Source of the DNA: an uncultured bacterium
GTDB lineage: Bacteria > Patescibacteriota > Patescibacteriia > UBA9570 > XYC2-FULL-38-9
Assembly: GCA_937996685.1 (NCBI GenBank)
Contig: CALKUP010000015.1
Coordinates: 71,900 to 135,899 of the forward strand
DNA length: 64,000 nucleotides
Direction: 5' to 3'
Below are positions 39,979 to 50,791 of the stretch, piece after piece. The position numbers and the translations under genes are program-made. Positions within the stretch are counted from its first letter, which is position 1, and each line of letters begins with the position of its first letter. Under the pieces are notes generated by a model. The model saw only the letters and a list, made by a program, of their open reading frames with translations, was not told where the DNA came from and ran no database searches.

Positions 39979-41533
39979 TCGTAAACGACAGTGTATAGGT
40001 TCCTGTTGGTTGTCTCCCTGGAATCACCTGACTCAAACCCACACCTGTCACGTCCCATGTGCAAAATCCAGATGCGCCAGAACTTGCACTAGCGAGTGTA
40101 ATACTACTCACTGCAGTGGCAATTTCACGAAACGAACTACTACTTCCTGCGCTCACACCTGTTGTTGAGGCGCATGGTGACACCGGCGTGACTGTAATAC
40201 TCGCTGGATTGACGGTTAAACGTCCGCCTTTCGAATCTGTATCTGCGTCGTCTGACCCGTCAGAATTACTATCATTAAAATCATACGTATTTCCGCCTGA
40301 AGTCCAAAGTCCTGTGCTCCCCGATGTCGGGGCCATTGTCACAGACCACGTTCCAACTCCAGTTCCATTACTCACCCGAATTTTTTGACTCGATGTTCCA
40401 AGTGTCCCAGTTGTTGTTGTTGCGGCAAATGGAAATGTTGTTGAAGAAAAACCAACTGACGGACTCCCAACAGTTGAACCACCACTATCGACAATCGAGA
40501 CAGCAAGAGGAGTTGTCAGCGTAATCGTCGGCGAGCTCGCAATAGATGTCAGTGTTCCGCTCGAATCAACCTGTGATTTTGTTGTAATGGTATTCACACC
40601 TGGAGTGCTCGGCAAATCCACACCAGATGTTCCCCCGCCAGCACCGTATGTCACAGTCGCAGTTTCATTCAATGCCATTTGCAAAAAGCGAACACGAATA
40701 TCGGTGTTACTCCCATTCGCCACAAACGTTGGCGTTCCCGGGCCAATCAATATGTCATCAACATAGACCTGCTTTGCATCAAGTCCAGCGTTTCCGGCAG
40801 CAATAAAACAAATAGCGCGCACACTACTCCGTGTTGAACCCGCGCCAGCAAATGTCCATGTCACATATGTCCATGTATTTGCAGACAAAACAGGCAACGT
40901 CATGCTGTCATTAATCGAATCACACGCCGCTGAATCATCAAAACCAACACTAACTGAACCAGCTGTCAGCGCTGTATTACTTCGAAACCAAAAGCCAAGC
41001 TTTGTGTACGCCGAAAAGTTTTGCCCCGTCGCATAATCATAACTAAAACTATCAGTCGCATCAGGGCCCGCGTTTCCGTCATTATCGCACGAAATAGAGC
41101 CCGTTGTTTCATAAAAGACGCCTGTATCAAGCCCCCAACCATCTACCCATTGCGTTGCAGTATTGCAGGTATCTGTATCGTCCTCTGTCCAACCCGTCAC
41201 ACTATCCGCTTCATTAATTGAATCCGCAATCATTGCAGAACCTGAAACACTGGCGGTTGTGCGCCCCGCAGTCCCAGCAACACCTTGCGGGGTTGACCAG
41301 CTCGAACTGGTCGGAATTGTGATAGCAAGACCACCACTATTCAGCGCTTCAGCAGCAGTGTAGGTAAACGCAAAGGTTTGGTCAGTTGAACTCACGCCAA
41401 CCGACGTTGGACTGACAACATTTGTTCCTGAGCCATCAGCTGCAAATGCACCAAACGGCAACACACTCAATAAAAGCACTGCAATGAATTGCTTTTTCAA
41501 AAAAAATCGAAACAGTGGGCGCCAAGAAATCAT
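39965..41533 (-). CDS. Secreted Ser/Thr/Gly-rich surface protein with a WxL-like C-terminal domain
   Basis: 522 aa; signal peptide; the C-terminal 100 aa are paralogous to those of 42862..43554 and include a TWD(V/L)TGVGL motif. Confidence 0.45.
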   Translation of the reverse strand: MISWRPLFRFFLKKQFIAVLLLSVLPFGAFAADGSGTNVVSPTSVGVSSTDQTFAFTYTAAEALNSGGLAITIPTSSSWSTPQGVAGTAGRTTASVSGSAMIADSINEADSVTGWTEDDTDTCNTATQWVDGWGLDTGVFYETTGSISCDNDGNAGPDATDSFSYDYATGQNFSAYTKLGFWFRSNTALTAGSVSVGFDDSAACDSINDSMTLPVLSANTWTYVTWTFAGAGSTRSSVRAICFIAAGNAGLDAKQVYVDDILIGPGTPTFVANGSNTDIRVRFLQMALNETATVTYGAGGGTSGVDLPSTPGVNTITTKSQVDSSGTLTSIASSPTITLTTPLAVSIVDSGGSTVGSPSVGFSSTTFPFAATTTTGTLGTSSQKIRVSNGTGVGTWSVTMAPTSGSTGLWTSGGNTYDFNDSNSDGSDDADTDSKGGRLTVNPASITVTPVSPCASTTGVSAGSSSSFREIATAVSSITLASASSGASGFCTWDVTGVGLSQVIPGRQPTGTYTLSFTITIS

Positions 41534-41539
41534 TGGATA

Positions 41540-42769
41540 TTACGACGTTGTCGTTTTTTTACGAGGTGTTTTTCGTGGGGCTTTTTTACCTGTTGTCGAT
41601 GCTGCTGCTTTCTTTCTTACAGGTTTTGCTGCCGCTCGTTTGCGAGGTTTTTTCACCGGCACAGGAACAACCTCTTCTTCGGATTCGTCTTCATCAGCAA
41701 TCACCTCTTCAACATGCTTCGTGCCTTCTTGGGCTTTTAATAACTGCAACGCTCGGCGCAATCGAATAATCGTGCGCACCACTCCCCAAACAATAAGTAC
41801 AACCGCAATCAATGCAACAAGAACCACAACACCAATGATCATCAGTTGTTTTTGTGGCGGCAACACCCATTGCTCAACTGGAGTTGCGGCAATTGTTTGT
41901 TTTTCACCATTAACATCCATGTACACAACCGTTGCAGTGGCTTTCACTTTTGCAATTTTTGGGCTCACAAATTGAAATGAACTGCGAAGTGTATCATCTC
42001 GTAATACTTGCATGCCACGTTCATTACTGATTGGCAACAAACCAGTCCGATCAAAAATCTTTGAAAGCCATGGGTATACTGGCTCAATTTTTGTCACAAT
42101 CGTTAAATCTTCGCGCACTGTTCCTGTATTTTGTACTTCAATTTCTGCTTCTTTGTCTGTAAATAAGCCGTTTTCACTGGTTTTTAAGTTAAAGGATTTG
42201 ATTGTCACATCTTCCTTCACCTCTCCCGGCACCGTCACATACACACGCACACCAATGCGAGTGCTGAGCTGAATCCCGCCAGTCGTTGTTGTTGGCGCTT
42301 CCTTTTTTTCTTGGATTAAAATTCCACCCGCGTGCTCACCTGCGTCGACAGTTGCATCTGCTGGAATTTCAATAGAAAACGGCACTTCTTGTGTCGTGTG
42401 TGGCTCAAGTGTGACTTCAGATGTAGACAATGTAATCCATTTTCCTACTTCATCACGCTCTTCCACTTCTTGCTCAAGCGCAAAACCACCGTCAGAGCTC
42501 TTCGCTGAATCAGCTGGATAGACCTTTAATGTCAACGGCGCGTCAGAATCATTTGATAATAATAATGTATCATCGCGCTTTTCGCCGAGCGGCAATGCTG
42601 TATAAATAAACCATTGTTTTGTGTGGTCATTTCCTTCACCTGGATGCGCTGGTTTTCCGCCGTAATTTCCTGTATCAACCGCTTGCGCTGCACTTGCGCT
42701 CACAAAAAAAGACCCAATAATACAGAGAACGCTCACAAACACTCGATGATACAGAAACGATATACGCAT
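41540..42769 (-). CDS. DUF916-like cell-surface protein (signal peptide, C-terminal TM anchor, Lys/Ala-rich tail)
   Basis: 409 aa; the architecture matches the DUF916 partners found in WxL surface-complex loci. Confidence 0.4.
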   Translation of the reverse strand: MRISFLYHRVFVSVLCIIGSFFVSASAAQAVDTGNYGGKPAHPGEGNDHTKQWFIYTALPLGEKRDDTLLLSNDSDAPLTLKVYPADSAKSSDGGFALEQEVEERDEVGKWITLSTSEVTLEPHTTQEVPFSIEIPADATVDAGEHAGGILIQEKKEAPTTTTGGIQLSTRIGVRVYVTVPGEVKEDVTIKSFNLKTSENGLFTDKEAEIEVQNTGTVREDLTIVTKIEPVYPWLSKIFDRTGLLPISNERGMQVLRDDTLRSSFQFVSPKIAKVKATATVVYMDVNGEKQTIAATPVEQWVLPPQKQLMIIGVVVLVALIAVVLIVWGVVRTIIRLRRALQLLKAQEGTKHVEEVIADEDESEEEVVPVPVKKPRKRAAAKPVRKKAAASTTGKKAPRKTPRKKTTTS

Positions 42770-42861
42770 AATTTTTATTTTGTATTGATGAATAGACTGA
42801 GTATATCATTTTTCACAAAAAAACACACCAAGGACATTGGTGTGTTTGCGTTTGTATCGTT

Positions 42862-43554
42862 TTATGAAAGAGTGATTGTGAAAGAAAGTGTATATGCACC
42901 ACTTGGTTGGGATGGTGGTAATACTTGTGATAAACCAACCCCTGTTAAATCCCATGTACAATAGGTTGTTGCAGAGGATCCACCGGTGAGCAGTGTAATA
43001 CTACTGACTGCTGCGGCAACTTCACGGAATGAGGATGAAGAGCCGAGTGTTAAGTCTGTAATTGGACATGCGGTATTATCTGGAGAACCTGCGCGGGTTC
43101 CGGACGCTGGATTGACGGTTAAACGACCACCTTTTGAGTCAGAATCGGCATCATCTGTGCCATCTGTATTACTATCATTGAAATCGTATGTGTGTGAACC
43201 ATCACTCCACGTCGCTGTTGAACCACCAGTTGCGGCAATCGCAATCGTCCATGTTGCATCAGATGTCGGATTATACACACGAATACGCTGTGATGATGTA
43301 CCGAGTGTCCCTGTTACTGTTTGTGAACTGGTTGAAAATGTCGCACTGGAGAATGTGACACTTGGACTCCCAACAGTTGTTCCACCAGCATCAACAATAT
43401 CGACTGATTGCGAACCATCACTGATCGTTTGTGAAAACGACGAAGCAACACCGAACACGGTTTGATATAAACCGACGGATGCAACCGCAGCGAGGACAAT
43501 ACCAACGATGATTGTTAGCATTGATGACCGAATTGCCTGAAAAACAGCAGTCAT
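42862..43554 (-). CDS. WxL-like domain surface protein (short paralog)
   Basis: 230 aa; N-terminal TM or signal; C-terminus paralogous to 39965..41533. Confidence 0.45.
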   Translation of the reverse strand: MTAVFQAIRSSMLTIIVGIVLAAVASVGLYQTVFGVASSFSQTISDGSQSVDIVDAGGTTVGSPSVTFSSATFSTSSQTVTGTLGTSSQRIRVYNPTSDATWTIAIAATGGSTATWSDGSHTYDFNDSNTDGTDDADSDSKGGRLTVNPASGTRAGSPDNTACPITDLTLGSSSSFREVAAAVSSITLLTGGSSATTYCTWDLTGVGLSQVLPPSQPSGAYTLSFTITLS

Positions 43555-43722
43555 AAATGTATGTTAAATTGTTTTTTGTTTTGTTTTTTTATCGAACAAA
43601 TGTATTGTAGCACACTTTTACAAAAAGTGCAAGACAATAAAACACGAGTCTTGTACACGGAAAGAAAAAAAATATGCTATACTGGGTGAAAATAAATCAC
43701 TAGAATTTTCTTTATAGATCTT

Positions 43723-45405
43723 ATGGTCAATCAACAATTACAAGACTACATCAAAACTCAAATTCAGCGCGGTGTTCCAAAAGATGCGGTTGAACAAGCC
43801 TTATTAAAAGCCGGTTGGCCAGCCGCAGACGTCACACTTGGCATGCAAGAGCTCGACGCTCCGTCTCCAGTTGCGCCAGTTGCAGCAAAACCTGTCGCCA
43901 CTGAAACAACACCAGCAACTCCGGTTGATTTATTTGAAGGAATTGAAAAATCAACACCAAACACAGCCGCAACACCTGCTGCCAGCATGCCTGTGACCAC
44001 AAAACAGCCATTATCACCAAATATGCTTGGTCAAACAGCGAAAAGTACTTCTATTTTCCCAAAAACAAAGGTGAAAATGGTTGATGGACTCTCAAATCGC
44101 GCACAAATCATCGGCATTGTCGTTGCCGTTGTTGTTGGAATTGGTGTGATCGCTGGCGGTGTCTATGCATACACTGCACTTTCAAGCTCTGGAAAAGGTA
44201 ATATTGCAACAGCGTTAACAAATTTGAACAGCCTGCAGTCAACTTCTTTTGCTATCACTATTGTTCCACAACTACAAGCCGGAAAGACCATTCAAAACCC
44301 GCTGACACAAAAAGCGGAAAGCGATATCGCGTTGCAACTCAGTGGAACAGCCAGCGGTCTTACAACTGCAACACCTTCAATGCAAGGAACTGTCATTGCA
44401 CAGCTCAAAAACAGCGCCGGAACTGACTCATATGAAGCAGAGGTCCGCAGTGTAAACAGTGTTTTATATACAAAATTCGGTAACCTTAGTGGCGCCCCAG
44501 CTGTCACAACCTCTGTATTGCAAAATCAATGGTTTTCACTCAGCAACCAAAGCATCGCAGCAGTGAATACTGCTGGCATTGCAAAATTTGATGGTCGCAT
44601 TATCAAACAGTTTTCTGGAACAGAGCTCACACAAATCAAAAATTCGCTTATTTCAGCGAATATGATCAGTATCACTGATAAAAGTGGGACTGAAACGATC
44701 CAAAACACTGTGACAAATAAGTATGGCATGTCTGTGAGCGGCGCTGGGATGAAGCAATTTTTGACATCAATTACACCAGTGCTCACTGCTCGTGGCGCAA
44801 CAACCGCGCAAATTCAATCATGGCAAGCGGCAATTGAAAAAGGCGGTGATATTCAAGGAACTGTATGGATTGGCAAAAAAGACAAGCAACTCTATCAAGT
44901 GCAATTCAGCCTCCCTGTTTCTGGGAACTCTGGCATTGAACGCCTGGTTGTTGGAATTACACTGTGGGACCACAACAAAGCAACAACAATCGATGTTCCA
45001 AGTCCTGTAAAAGCCTTAGATACAGTCTTGCTAGAAGCGCAACGAAATGCGCAAAATGCTGCGACATTGCCAGCACTCACAACAACTCCGGAAACAACGA
45101 CAACAACTGACACGACTGCAGACACAACCGAAGATACGGTTGATACAACAACGACGGACTCTACAACAGATGACACAACAGCCCTTGATGAAACAACATC
45201 AGACACAGCTGACACCACAGAAGACACAGAACCTGTCGATTTAGACATATCAATTGATGACGCCGATGACGATGGCTTAACAACTGCACAAGAAAAGCAG
45301 TACGGGACAGACCCAGAAAACGACGATACTGATGATGACGGGTATCTCGACGGCGAAGAAGTCAAAGCCGGATATAATCCAAATGGTGACGGAAAACTCA
45401 AATAA
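43723..45405 (+). CDS. Membrane-anchored hypothetical protein with C-terminal acidic, thrombospondin-type-3-like Ca-binding repeats
   Basis: 560 aa; Thr/Asp-rich tail with DDADDDGLT and DDTDDDGYLDGEE motifs. Confidence 0.45.
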   Translation: MVNQQLQDYIKTQIQRGVPKDAVEQALLKAGWPAADVTLGMQELDAPSPVAPVAAKPVATETTPATPVDLFEGIEKSTPNTAATPAASMPVTTKQPLSPNMLGQTAKSTSIFPKTKVKMVDGLSNRAQIIGIVVAVVVGIGVIAGGVYAYTALSSSGKGNIATALTNLNSLQSTSFAITIVPQLQAGKTIQNPLTQKAESDIALQLSGTASGLTTATPSMQGTVIAQLKNSAGTDSYEAEVRSVNSVLYTKFGNLSGAPAVTTSVLQNQWFSLSNQSIAAVNTAGIAKFDGRIIKQFSGTELTQIKNSLISANMISITDKSGTETIQNTVTNKYGMSVSGAGMKQFLTSITPVLTARGATTAQIQSWQAAIEKGGDIQGTVWIGKKDKQLYQVQFSLPVSGNSGIERLVVGITLWDHNKATTIDVPSPVKALDTVLLEAQRNAQNAATLPALTTTPETTTTTDTTADTTEDTVDTTTTDSTTDDTTALDETTSDTADTTEDTEPVDLDISIDDADDDGLTTAQEKQYGTDPENDDTDDDGYLDGEEVKAGYNPNGDGKLK

Positions 45406-45449
45406 CTATTGAGTTTTCTACACAAAAATAGAGGGCCTTGCGGGACTCT

Positions 45450-46658
45450 CTATTTTTTTAACCCAAGAAGCAGCGTTTTATAACTGACTGCAAGCCACGT
45501 CCAAAAAAGAAGCGCGAGGTCATTTTTAAAATATGGAACATCAACGATTCCATATACACAAATAGCGATGATCGGCGCAAGCAACACCAACGTTGCATTC
45601 CGTGTACTCAATCGAGAGTGATACAGGCATTTCACCGCAATACCAATTGTGACACAAATCCAAATAGCGCCGAAAATACCAAATTGTGTCCAAAAATCAA
45701 ACAATAAATTGTGCGAATACTCCAATAATTCAACGTGAGATGGTAAACGATAGAGGTCATAGACTTGCGGAAATGCTGCAATGCCAGCACCAGTAATGGC
45801 TTGATGAGAAATCAAATTCCACGTTCCTTTCCAAAGAGCGAGGCGCACATCCCCGGACACATCACGAAATAACAAAATCTCACGTGTTTGCGGCAATGCA
45901 AGCGCGAGTACCAGGCCGATTGCAGACACCGCGAGCGTGAAAAACCGAGCCCTCGTAAACAACAACATCACAATAGCACTCCCAACAATTGCAATCACCG
46001 CCCCATCAGCTCGAGCACACACAACGGCAATTGACCCGAGGATAGTCGCTGTAATCGCAAGAAACAGCAGCAGCTTCTCTTGTCGTACTGTATTTTCAAA
46101 AAACCGCTCTACAAAGCGCCGGTGGACGAGATATGCAACAGCGCTTGCAATGATTGGAGCAAGCAACAAACCGACAGCATTTGGATATGAAAACACACCA
46201 ACTGCTCGACGATCCGGCCACGCGTTCCATGGCTCTGGAATTCCCGCGCCTGTGATGTATTGATAGATCGCGACAACACTCACAACAATAACCAGTGCCC
46301 ATGCTGCTTGTAATAACACTGTGATATCTTTCGGTTTTTTAATTACAAGCGACAGCGCAAATGCAAACAATACCGGCTCAACACAATAGGCTTTCCAAAT
46401 CCCAAGACCATCTCGCAGCGCCGGGGTCCAAAAGAGAGCAGCTGTTGTGAGCACTAAAAAACCAAAAGCAATCATTCGAACAACCCGTGTGTGCGGATCA
46501 CGCAAAAAACTCCAAGCAGCGCGATATTCACGAACAATGACAATCACCGTGAATGCCACAACAGCAACCTCAAGAGCAGTCAGTGGGATTCCAGCAATTG
46601 CAAACCGTAGTTGGTACAACGGCAACAACACGATAATAGCGGCAGCAAATAATATCAT
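45450..46658 (-). CDS. O-antigen ligase/polymerase-like (Wzy_C-type) polytopic membrane protein
   Basis: 402 aa; 10-12 TM with a large periplasmic loop. Confidence 0.4.
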   Translation of the reverse strand: MILFAAAIIVLLPLYQLRFAIAGIPLTALEVAVVAFTVIVIVREYRAAWSFLRDPHTRVVRMIAFGFLVLTTAALFWTPALRDGLGIWKAYCVEPVLFAFALSLVIKKPKDITVLLQAAWALVIVVSVVAIYQYITGAGIPEPWNAWPDRRAVGVFSYPNAVGLLLAPIIASAVAYLVHRRFVERFFENTVRQEKLLLFLAITATILGSIAVVCARADGAVIAIVGSAIVMLLFTRARFFTLAVSAIGLVLALALPQTREILLFRDVSGDVRLALWKGTWNLISHQAITGAGIAAFPQVYDLYRLPSHVELLEYSHNLLFDFWTQFGIFGAIWICVTIGIAVKCLYHSRLSTRNATLVLLAPIIAICVYGIVDVPYFKNDLALLFWTWLAVSYKTLLLGLKK

Positions 46659-46667
46659 GTCTGTATT

Positions 46668-48122
46668 CTATACAGACTGCGTGTCTTTCGGCAAGGCAGC
46701 ATTTTGCAGTGCGATATTTTGCAACGCGATTAATAACCCGATAACAAACCAGACATGGACGATAAATAGCACAGAAAATGTATTATATTGCACGATAATT
46801 CCAATAAATGCAGCGAGCGTTGCGACAAGCAATAGGCGCGTTTCTTCTCCTTTGCCGTACGTCAAAGCGTAGATTGAGCGAATAATCACAATAATCCATG
46901 ACGAAAAGAGTGCGAACGCTCCGAGAATACCAGTTTCCGTCAGAACCTCTAAATAGACATTGTTCACAATGCCCCAGCCGGTATCAGGTTGTGTGAACGG
47001 ATGCGGAGCAATGTATGGACCGAAACTTCCAGGGCCAATACCAACGAGTGGGTGTGTCCAAAACGCATCTTTCGCCTGCTCAATTGTGTAGGCTCGTTCA
47101 TTATAGGATGCGCCGGCAAAAATATTCACAACATGTGAGGCAACTTTTTCAGTCAGTCCATCAAACTGTTGTAACTGTGTCACTGCAACAATCCCAACAA
47201 TTCCGAGTCCTGCAAGTGTTGCAATCACGCGCCATGAAATCAATTGGCGATTCAAAAAATACCAGGTAATAATTACCGCAAGAGATGCACTCATCGCGAT
47301 GTATCCACCACGCGCAACCGTCAGCGCGAGATTCAAAAAACCAAGAGCCGCGAGACCGAATGCGACCGGCAACGACACAATTGTGTTCTTTCGAATAAAT
47401 AAGACCGTTGTCATTGATAACGGCAACAATAAATAATTCGCAAAATAGAGCGGCTCTAATGCAGTTGATTGGATGCGTGGAAATCCAAGAATTTCTTTTG
47501 TATATAATTCACGAAGGCCCGTGAGCGCTGTCGGCAATCCAATGAAATCTCCAACCCATTGATACAAACCGAACACTGTCACGACTGTCATTGACGCAAG
47601 CAACACACGAACAAGTGTGCGCTGCTTTTCTTCGGTATTCAAAAATGCCGGGACAATAAAACTCGCTGTCATCGTAAATAAAATAAAAGCGAGCACGCTC
47701 ACTGATCGAGTAAGGTTCGGAGCATACAATAATGAAAAGCCAGCAATAATAGCGTATGCAATAAGTGGCACTGCAATCGGGTATGATTTTGGCAGAATAT
47801 TTGGAATCCGACGTGTCACTCCAAAAAACAGATACGCCAATAAACACAACAACACTACTTGCGACACCCGAACAGTACTCCCTGCAATATCAACAGAGCC
47901 GATACGCTCAAACGGCAGTGCAAATGCGAGCGCTAAAAAGGCAAATTGCGGGCTGCGAAGTAACGCAAAGATCACCAGCATTCCAAGAATGCCAGCAAAT
48001 GTATACTCAACTGGAAATCGAACCAAGAGCCATCCAAGGATATACGCTGCTGCTGCCGCAATAATCGCAAGCGCTACCCAAGAGGCAAGGTGTTTCGTTG
48101 AAAATGACATCTGTTTTTTCAT
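46668..48122 (-). CDS. O-antigen ligase/polymerase-like polytopic membrane protein
   Basis: 484 aa; similar topology to the neighbouring gene. Confidence 0.4.
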   Translation of the reverse strand: MKKQMSFSTKHLASWVALAIIAAAAAYILGWLLVRFPVEYTFAGILGMLVIFALLRSPQFAFLALAFALPFERIGSVDIAGSTVRVSQVVLLCLLAYLFFGVTRRIPNILPKSYPIAVPLIAYAIIAGFSLLYAPNLTRSVSVLAFILFTMTASFIVPAFLNTEEKQRTLVRVLLASMTVVTVFGLYQWVGDFIGLPTALTGLRELYTKEILGFPRIQSTALEPLYFANYLLLPLSMTTVLFIRKNTIVSLPVAFGLAALGFLNLALTVARGGYIAMSASLAVIITWYFLNRQLISWRVIATLAGLGIVGIVAVTQLQQFDGLTEKVASHVVNIFAGASYNERAYTIEQAKDAFWTHPLVGIGPGSFGPYIAPHPFTQPDTGWGIVNNVYLEVLTETGILGAFALFSSWIIVIIRSIYALTYGKGEETRLLLVATLAAFIGIIVQYNTFSVLFIVHVWFVIGLLIALQNIALQNAALPKDTQSV

Positions 48123-48136
48123 AGGATATCTATACC

Positions 48137-49219
48137 TTACTGACTTTTCGCGCGTTGTAAAATAGCCATTGTTTGTTCACCGGCTTTTTTCCAAGAAAAC
48201 CGCGCTGCCTGGGCAACAGATTTTTGTTGCAATTCTCGACGCAAATCAATGTCATCGAATAATAAATCAAGCCGTTTTCGCAAATCATCAGCATCGTGCG
48301 GATCAAACAAAATTCCCGCATCCCCCACCACTTCAGGCAAGGCAGTATTTTGACTTACAATCACTGCTGCCCCAGACTGCATTGCCTCAAGAGCCGACAA
48401 TCCAAACCCTTCATACACCGATGGCATGACAAAAAAACTACACGCATTATAGAGTGCAACAAGATCTTCATCGCCAATGTAATCAACAAATTTCACCGCA
48501 TCTTCTAAATGATACTTTCGCACCATTTCAGACAGCTTTGCAAACTTGTCACCTTTTTTTCCAGCAATCACCAGCTGATGGTTGCCGCGCTTTGAAAATG
48601 CAAATGCTTGAATAAGTGTTTCATAATTTTTTCGCGATTCCGTTGTGCCAACGCTCACGATAAATGGCGCTCGCACGCCCAAGCGACGAATCCGCGCTGC
48701 AATCGCCTCTGAATCGTCAATCATGCGATAGGCTTTTCCAGCCGCAGGATAGATAACAGACATCCGATCTTCTGATATATCCAAGTGTGTCATCAGCTCT
48801 TGTTTTGTGAATTCGGAAATACAAATAATATGATCAGCTCGACGCAATGACTGCGGCAACACTTGTGCCCAATATCGCTTGTCTGCGCCAGAAAAATTAT
48901 CAGGGTAGCGTAATCCATATACATCATGCGCCGTTACAACAACTGGTTTTGGAAACCGTGGCACAGAAAACGCAGGTTGAAACAACATATCAACTCCTCG
49001 AATCAATGCTGTCAGCGGCAAACCAAGCTGATCCCAAAGCAATTGCTTTTGACCAGACAATTGTGTTGTCACACGATCAATTCCCATGATATGCACACCA
49101 CTTTCTTCTTCAAGAGCTCGCAGCTCTGCGAGAATATTCTCAACATAAAAACCATATCCACTTTTTTGCGGGGCAAGTGCTGCGAGGTCGATACCAATAC
49201 GAAACGGATAATGGGACAT
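48137..49219 (-). CDS. Glycosyltransferase family 4
   Basis: 360 aa; EGFGLSALEAM E-x7-E motif region. Confidence 0.7.
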   Translation of the reverse strand: MSHYPFRIGIDLAALAPQKSGYGFYVENILAELRALEEESGVHIMGIDRVTTQLSGQKQLLWDQLGLPLTALIRGVDMLFQPAFSVPRFPKPVVVTAHDVYGLRYPDNFSGADKRYWAQVLPQSLRRADHIICISEFTKQELMTHLDISEDRMSVIYPAAGKAYRMIDDSEAIAARIRRLGVRAPFIVSVGTTESRKNYETLIQAFAFSKRGNHQLVIAGKKGDKFAKLSEMVRKYHLEDAVKFVDYIGDEDLVALYNACSFFVMPSVYEGFGLSALEAMQSGAAVIVSQNTALPEVVGDAGILFDPHDADDLRKRLDLLFDDIDLRRELQQKSVAQAARFSWKKAGEQTMAILQRAKSQ

Positions 49220-49228
49220 AGGGGCAGA

Positions 49229-50743
49229 TTAACGATTACGAAGAAATAATGAACGCAATTCAGACAACGTTGTAACACGAAACAAGAGAATAGTCACGCC
49301 AAAGACACTCGCGCCAATGACCGCGAACACGCCAGTTGTAACAAGCGCGTTGAGCAGCTCTGGCAAGCCTGACCACGCATTTGCAAGCGGCAACAATAGA
49401 CGCAATACCGCGTACATAATACAGGCTGCGGCAGCGGCTCCGATAATCGGATACCACGAAAGTCGAATCCGCGTTGTACGTAAAATAATTGTCAGACCAA
49501 TCAACACAACCATTGTTTCAGAATAGACCGTCACTGCTGCTGCGCCATACACTGAAAATCGCGGGATAAAAATAAGATACCCAGCCAGCGCCGACGCCGC
49601 GACAAACGCATACCCCAACAACATGGTTTTTTGTTTATTCAATGAAACAACAAGGTAGCCAAATAATGTGCCGAAATAAATCGCGCCGGTTGCGACAATC
49701 AAAATACGCAACACCGCAACAACTCGCTCTGCACCGCCTGGGTCTGTTGCAAAATCACTTCCAGCAATAATCGTCATAATCTGTGGAGCAAGCACTTGCA
49801 CGCCAGCAATCAACGGCAATGCGATCAACGCAATTGCAGTAAACGATTTTTGAAAGATCTCCTGAAACCGCGCTTGATCATGCGCTTCCCACGCAGCACC
49901 AAGAATTGGCAATACCAATCCCGCAAACATCGCTGGGAAGGTCACGAGCACTTCAAGAATTTTATATGGCGCGCCGTATTGTCCAATAATCGCATCACTC
50001 GCAAAAAAGGTCATGATAAATGTATCGCCTTTGAAATAAATCAACGTGAACACAATCGACAACGCAATCGGCCACGCTTCTTGCGCGATATCGCGAAATA
50101 ACGGCATGTCCCACACAAATCGTAACCGCACAAATTTGCGCACAAACCACAAATTAATCAAAAAGTTTGCTCCGCTGCTCGCAACCAATGTCATTAACAT
50201 CCAAAAGACTGAACCATTCAATGCAATAACAAGCAACACACCGCCCAGCTGCACTGCTTTCCCAAGAAACTCACCAATTGCTACGGGTGCTGTATAGAGA
50301 AACTTTTGAAAAATGGCGGACAACAATTGATTGAGCGATAAGAAAAAATAAAACCCAGCTGTTGCGGCAATCGCGATCACAATTTGCGGCGTGTAATTAT
50401 CATTAAACTGACTAATGATGAGCGCAATGACTGGTGCGCTCGACAACACAATCGCCCCAACCACAACCCGCAGCGTCACAATCGCGTTCACTACGCGGGA
50501 TTCTCGCTCCGGAGTGTCAAACGAAATTGTTGCGAGTCGTTTGATCAAAATAATATATAAACCCAAATCAATGCCGATGCCGAACATCTGCAAATAGGCC
50601 GTCACTTTTGTATAGACACCATTTCCGTCGTCTTTCAAATAATGCAATGTCAACGACGCAGCAAGCAGCGCGAGCACTAAACCAAGGATTTTTCCAATCG
50701 CTTGAATCGCTGTATTGTGTGCAATTTTGGCTCCAGTAGACAT
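49229..50743 (-). CDS. MOP-superfamily flippase (Wzx/MurJ-like polysaccharide biosynthesis protein)
   Basis: 504 aa; 14 TM. Confidence 0.55.
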   Translation of the reverse strand: MSTGAKIAHNTAIQAIGKILGLVLALLAASLTLHYLKDDGNGVYTKVTAYLQMFGIGIDLGLYIILIKRLATISFDTPERESRVVNAIVTLRVVVGAIVLSSAPVIALIISQFNDNYTPQIVIAIAATAGFYFFLSLNQLLSAIFQKFLYTAPVAIGEFLGKAVQLGGVLLVIALNGSVFWMLMTLVASSGANFLINLWFVRKFVRLRFVWDMPLFRDIAQEAWPIALSIVFTLIYFKGDTFIMTFFASDAIIGQYGAPYKILEVLVTFPAMFAGLVLPILGAAWEAHDQARFQEIFQKSFTAIALIALPLIAGVQVLAPQIMTIIAGSDFATDPGGAERVVAVLRILIVATGAIYFGTLFGYLVVSLNKQKTMLLGYAFVAASALAGYLIFIPRFSVYGAAAVTVYSETMVVLIGLTIILRTTRIRLSWYPIIGAAAAACIMYAVLRLLLPLANAWSGLPELLNALVTTGVFAVIGASVFGVTILLFRVTTLSELRSLFLRNR

Positions 50744-50791
50744 AGATATATCATCTATACTACGGGGTTTTGACGCTATTGTCTACTTGTC

